This document shows, one piece after another, positions 16,930-19,413 of a DNA stretch of 19,413 nt; within the stretch, counting starts at the first letter, position 1; the number at the start of each line of letters is the position of its first letter. Made by a program: the position numbers and the translations under genes. The notes beneath the pieces are model-generated. The model did no database searches, was not told where the DNA came from, and was given only the letters and a program-made list of their open reading frames with translations. Where the stretch lies: positions 1 through 19,413 of the forward strand of contig JBDKUT010000060.1 in NCBI GenBank assembly GCA_039679545.1, written 5' to 3'. The stretch comes from Thermotogota bacterium. GTDB lineage: Bacteria; Bipolaricaulota; Bipolaricaulia; UBA7950; UBA9294.

Positions 16930-18539
16930 TCCGTCGCAGGGTGGATGACGAGGACGTCGCCGGCGATGTTCGTGGCGTGATCGCCGATCCGCTCGAGATT
17001 GTGAAGGATCTCGACGAACAGGATCCCCGCTTCCGGATCGCACTCCTCCGCCTCGAGCCGCGCGACATGGTGCGCCTTGTACCGCGTCTCAAGCTCGTCG
17101 AGGTGCTTCTCCAGGTCAAGGGCTCGCCGGGCCCGGTCGATATCCTCGGCATCGAGCGCGGCCAGCGAGAGTTGGTAGAGCTCGATCGCCCGGTCGAACA
17201 TGTCAGCGAGTTCGCCCGCCGCCGCAGCGGACAAACCACGACCCTTTGCCATTAGCTTCTCGGCGCGCACGACGATGTTGACCGCTTGGTCGCCGACCCG
17301 TTCGACATCGGCGACGATGTGACGCAACACATGCAGGCGTCGCTCGTCTTTCCCGCTGAGCGCGCTGCCGTCGATCCGATCGAGGAACTCATCCACCGAA
17401 TCCTTGAGCCCGTCGACCGCCTCCTCCACCTCGCCGACCGACGCGATTTCCGTGGAATCGCGCTTCAGGATCCCTTCCTTGCACGCTCGGATCATCGCCG
17501 TCGTCATCTCCCCCATGCGCAGAAGCTCGCGCTGCGCCTGCCGCACGGCAAACGCTGGAGTCGCCAGGAACTGCTCCCCAAGGAACTGGGCCTTACGCCC
17601 CGCGCCCTCCTCCCGCCCCCGCACCAGCATGCGGACGACCCAAACCAGCGCACCGACGCACGGGATGAGCGCCAAAGTGACTGCCACATTGAAGATTGAG
17701 TGGGCGTTGGCGATCTGCCGCGGCAGCGAGGGCGACGTCATCTGCACCAACCGCGCGAACCAAGGGAGGAACGGCACCGCCACCGCCACGCCGACGACGT
17801 TGACGAGGAGCTGCGTCACCGCGAGGCGCCGCGATGACAGGGACGTCCCGATCGATGCGATCTGCGCCGTGACCGTCGTGCCGATGTTGGCGCCGAGGAC
17901 GATGGCGATCGCGGCGGGGAGGGAAATGAGCCCCGAGCTGCCCAGTCCGATGACGAGCGCCGTCATCGCCGCCGAGCTGTGAATCGCCGCGGTCACGCCA
18001 GCTCCGACGAGGACGCCGAGGAGCACGTTGTTGCCGCACGCCTGGAGCACGCGCAGGATTGCGGGGCTTTCGGCGAGCCCCGCGAGTCCCCCGGTGAAGA
18101 TGCTCATCCCGAGGAAGACGAGGCCGAGCCCGAGGACGATGCGGCCGGCGTCGCCCGCCTTCCTCCCGCGGAACGTCTCCGCCAAGATGTAGCCAACGGC
18201 CAAGACCGGCATGTAGTAGATGCCAATCTTGAACGCGATGATCTGCGCGGTCAGCGTCGTCCCGATCTCCGCCCCGAGCATGACGCCGATTCCCTGTGCC
18301 AGGGTGAGGATGCCGGCGTTGATCATCCCGATCAGGAGCACCATCGTCATCGTGCTCGACTGGAGGGTCGCCGAGGTGACCATGCCGACGAGGACCCCGC
18401 GGTAGGCCTTGCCGGTCAACCGCTCGACGATCACCCGCATGCGGTCCCCGACCGCACGTTTGAGCGCGTCGCTCATGATCCGTAGTCCAAACAGGAAGAC
18501 CGCCAGGCCGCCGGCAGCGCTGAAGAGAACCCCGACCAT
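16926..18539 (-). CDS. Na/Pi cotransporter family protein with C-terminal PhoU-like domains
   Basis: GGLAVFLFGLRIMS, LQSST, GAEIGTT, IHSSAA, GANIGTT, ANAHSIFN; C-terminal DVERVGDQAVNI and NLERIGDHATNIA; start ATG 18539 preferred over 18593. Confidence 0.92.
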   Translation of the reverse strand: MVGVLFSAAGGLAVFLFGLRIMSDALKRAVGDRMRVIVERLTGKAYRGVLVGMVTSATLQSSTMTMVLLIGMINAGILTLAQGIGVMLGAEIGTTLTAQIIAFKIGIYYMPVLAVGYILAETFRGRKAGDAGRIVLGLGLVFLGMSIFTGGLAGLAESPAILRVLQACGNNVLLGVLVGAGVTAAIHSSAAMTALVIGLGSSGLISLPAAIAIVLGANIGTTVTAQIASIGTSLSSRRLAVTQLLVNVVGVAVAVPFLPWFARLVQMTSPSLPRQIANAHSIFNVAVTLALIPCVGALVWVVRMLVRGREEGAGRKAQFLGEQFLATPAFAVRQAQRELLRMGEMTTAMIRACKEGILKRDSTEIASVGEVEEAVDGLKDSVDEFLDRIDGSALSGKDERRLHVLRHIVADVERVGDQAVNIVVRAEKLMAKGRGLSAAAAGELADMFDRAIELYQLSLAALDAEDIDRARRALDLEKHLDELETRYKAHHVARLEAEECDPEAGILFVEILHNLERIGDHATNIAGDVLVIHPATD

Positions 18540-18572
18540 CACACCCCCGGGATGTCCGTTTCCCGGAAGCGA

Positions 18573-18620
18573 AGTATATACTCCACCGAACATGTTACAA
18601 GCCAGATACCCGTTCGTTAC
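18573..18620 (-). promoter_or_regulatory. Putative promoter of Na/Pi cotransporter with 11-bp-periodic direct repeats
   Basis: TTGTAA-16 nt-TATACT; GTAAC/GTATC/GTAAC repeats at exact 11-nt spacing. Confidence 0.45.
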
Positions 18621-18649
18621 TTGCGTATCCCGTCCAAAACCCGTAGATT
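18621..18649 (+). promoter_or_regulatory. Possible sigma70 promoter of adenosine deaminase gene
   Basis: TTGCGT-17 nt-TAGATT ending 9 nt before ATG 18659. Confidence 0.4.
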
Positions 18650-18658
18650 GAAAGGATA

Positions 18659-19413
18659 ATGACCGACTGGCTCCGGCGAATGCCGAAGATTGACCTTCAC
18701 GTCCACTTGGACGGCTCCCTCAGGCTCGAGACGGTCCTCAAGTTGGCTCGTGCGCTCCCGCCCGAGCAGGCCTTTCCCGACTCGGTCAACTTGAAGAGCG
18801 CCGTCATACCTGGAGTCCGCGGCTCGCTCGAGGAGTACCTCGTCGCGTTCAACTACACCGTCCCCCTGCTCCAGACGCCCGCGGCTCTTGAGCGATCGGC
18901 GTACGAGCTGTGCGAGGACGCCGCGAGCGAGAACGTCATCTACATCGAAATCCGCTTCGCGCCGCTCCTCCACACCCGCGCCGATCTGAAGCCGCGCGAC
19001 GTCGTGGCCGCCGTGCTCGCCGGCATGCACCGCGCCGAGGCCGACTTCGGGATCGCTACCGGGCTGATCCTCACGGCCCTGAAGCAGAACTCGACCGAGC
19101 AGTCGATCGAAACGGTCCAGTTGGCGGCGCAGTTCCGCCGCGACGGCGTCGTCGGCATCGACCTCGCGGGGCCGGAGCACCAGAACCCTCCCGTCAAGCA
19201 TCGCAAGGCAATCGAGTTCGCGCACGACGCGGGCATCCACGTCACCATCCACGCCGGCGAAGGGTGCTGCCCGGAGCAGATCAAAGAAGCCCTCGACCTC
19301 GGCGCGGAGCGGATCGGCCATGGGGTCTACCTCTTCCAGGCACCTCGGACCGAGAAGCGCGTCGCCGAGCTGGGCATTCCGATCGAGATGTGTCCGACGT
19401 GCAACCTCCAGAT
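18659..19413 (+). CDS. add: Adenosine deaminase (3' end outside window)
   Basis: Manual translation: MTDWLRRMPKIDLHVHLDGSLRLET..ENVIYIEIRFAP..GIDLAGPE..TIHAGE..AERIGHG..IEMCPTCN; absent from ORF track because no stop in window. Confidence 0.92.
   Translation, partial: MTDWLRRMPKIDLHVHLDGSLRLETVLKLARALPPEQAFPDSVNLKSAVIPGVRGSLEEYLVAFNYTVPLLQTPAALERSAYELCEDAASENVIYIEIRFAPLLHTRADLKPRDVVAAVLAGMHRAEADFGIATGLILTALKQNSTEQSIETVQLAAQFRRDGVVGIDLAGPEHQNPPVKHRKAIEFAHDAGIHVTIHAGEGCCPEQIKEALDLGAERIGHGVYLFQAPRTEKRVAELGIPIEMCPTCNLQ

Noticed and set aside
18617..19321. 234-aa minus-strand ORF
   Set aside because: Shadow of adenosine deaminase on the plus strand

Overview
High-GC bacterial chromosomal window built around the core transcription/translation cluster on the minus strand: tRNA-Thr(TGT), tRNA-Tyr, tRNA-Thr(GGT), tuf, rpmG, tRNA-Trp, secE, nusG, rplK, rplA, rplJ, rplL, rpoB. 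rpoC does not follow rpoB. Instead an Ap4A-type NUDIX hydrolase, an AhpD/CMD protein and a kbl/BioF-family enzyme follow. Upstream lie a degenerate EF-G paralogue coupled to a CBS-ACT protein, iorAB, a secreted metallophosphoesterase, a small ORF, a thiamine-binding-family protein, a Na/Pi cotransporter and an adenosine deaminase. The core machinery is unusually divergent: Thermotoga-type NusG insertion, remodelled EF-Tu switch I, and an RpoB rifamycin pocket with several substitutions. This suggests a deep-branching lineage (Bipolaricaulota-like is my inference, not verified). The most intriguing non-coding signal is an intrinsic terminator whose 5' arm is the 3' end of tRNA-Thr(GGT) itself, directly upstream of tuf. 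No mobile elements or CRISPR arrays were seen.
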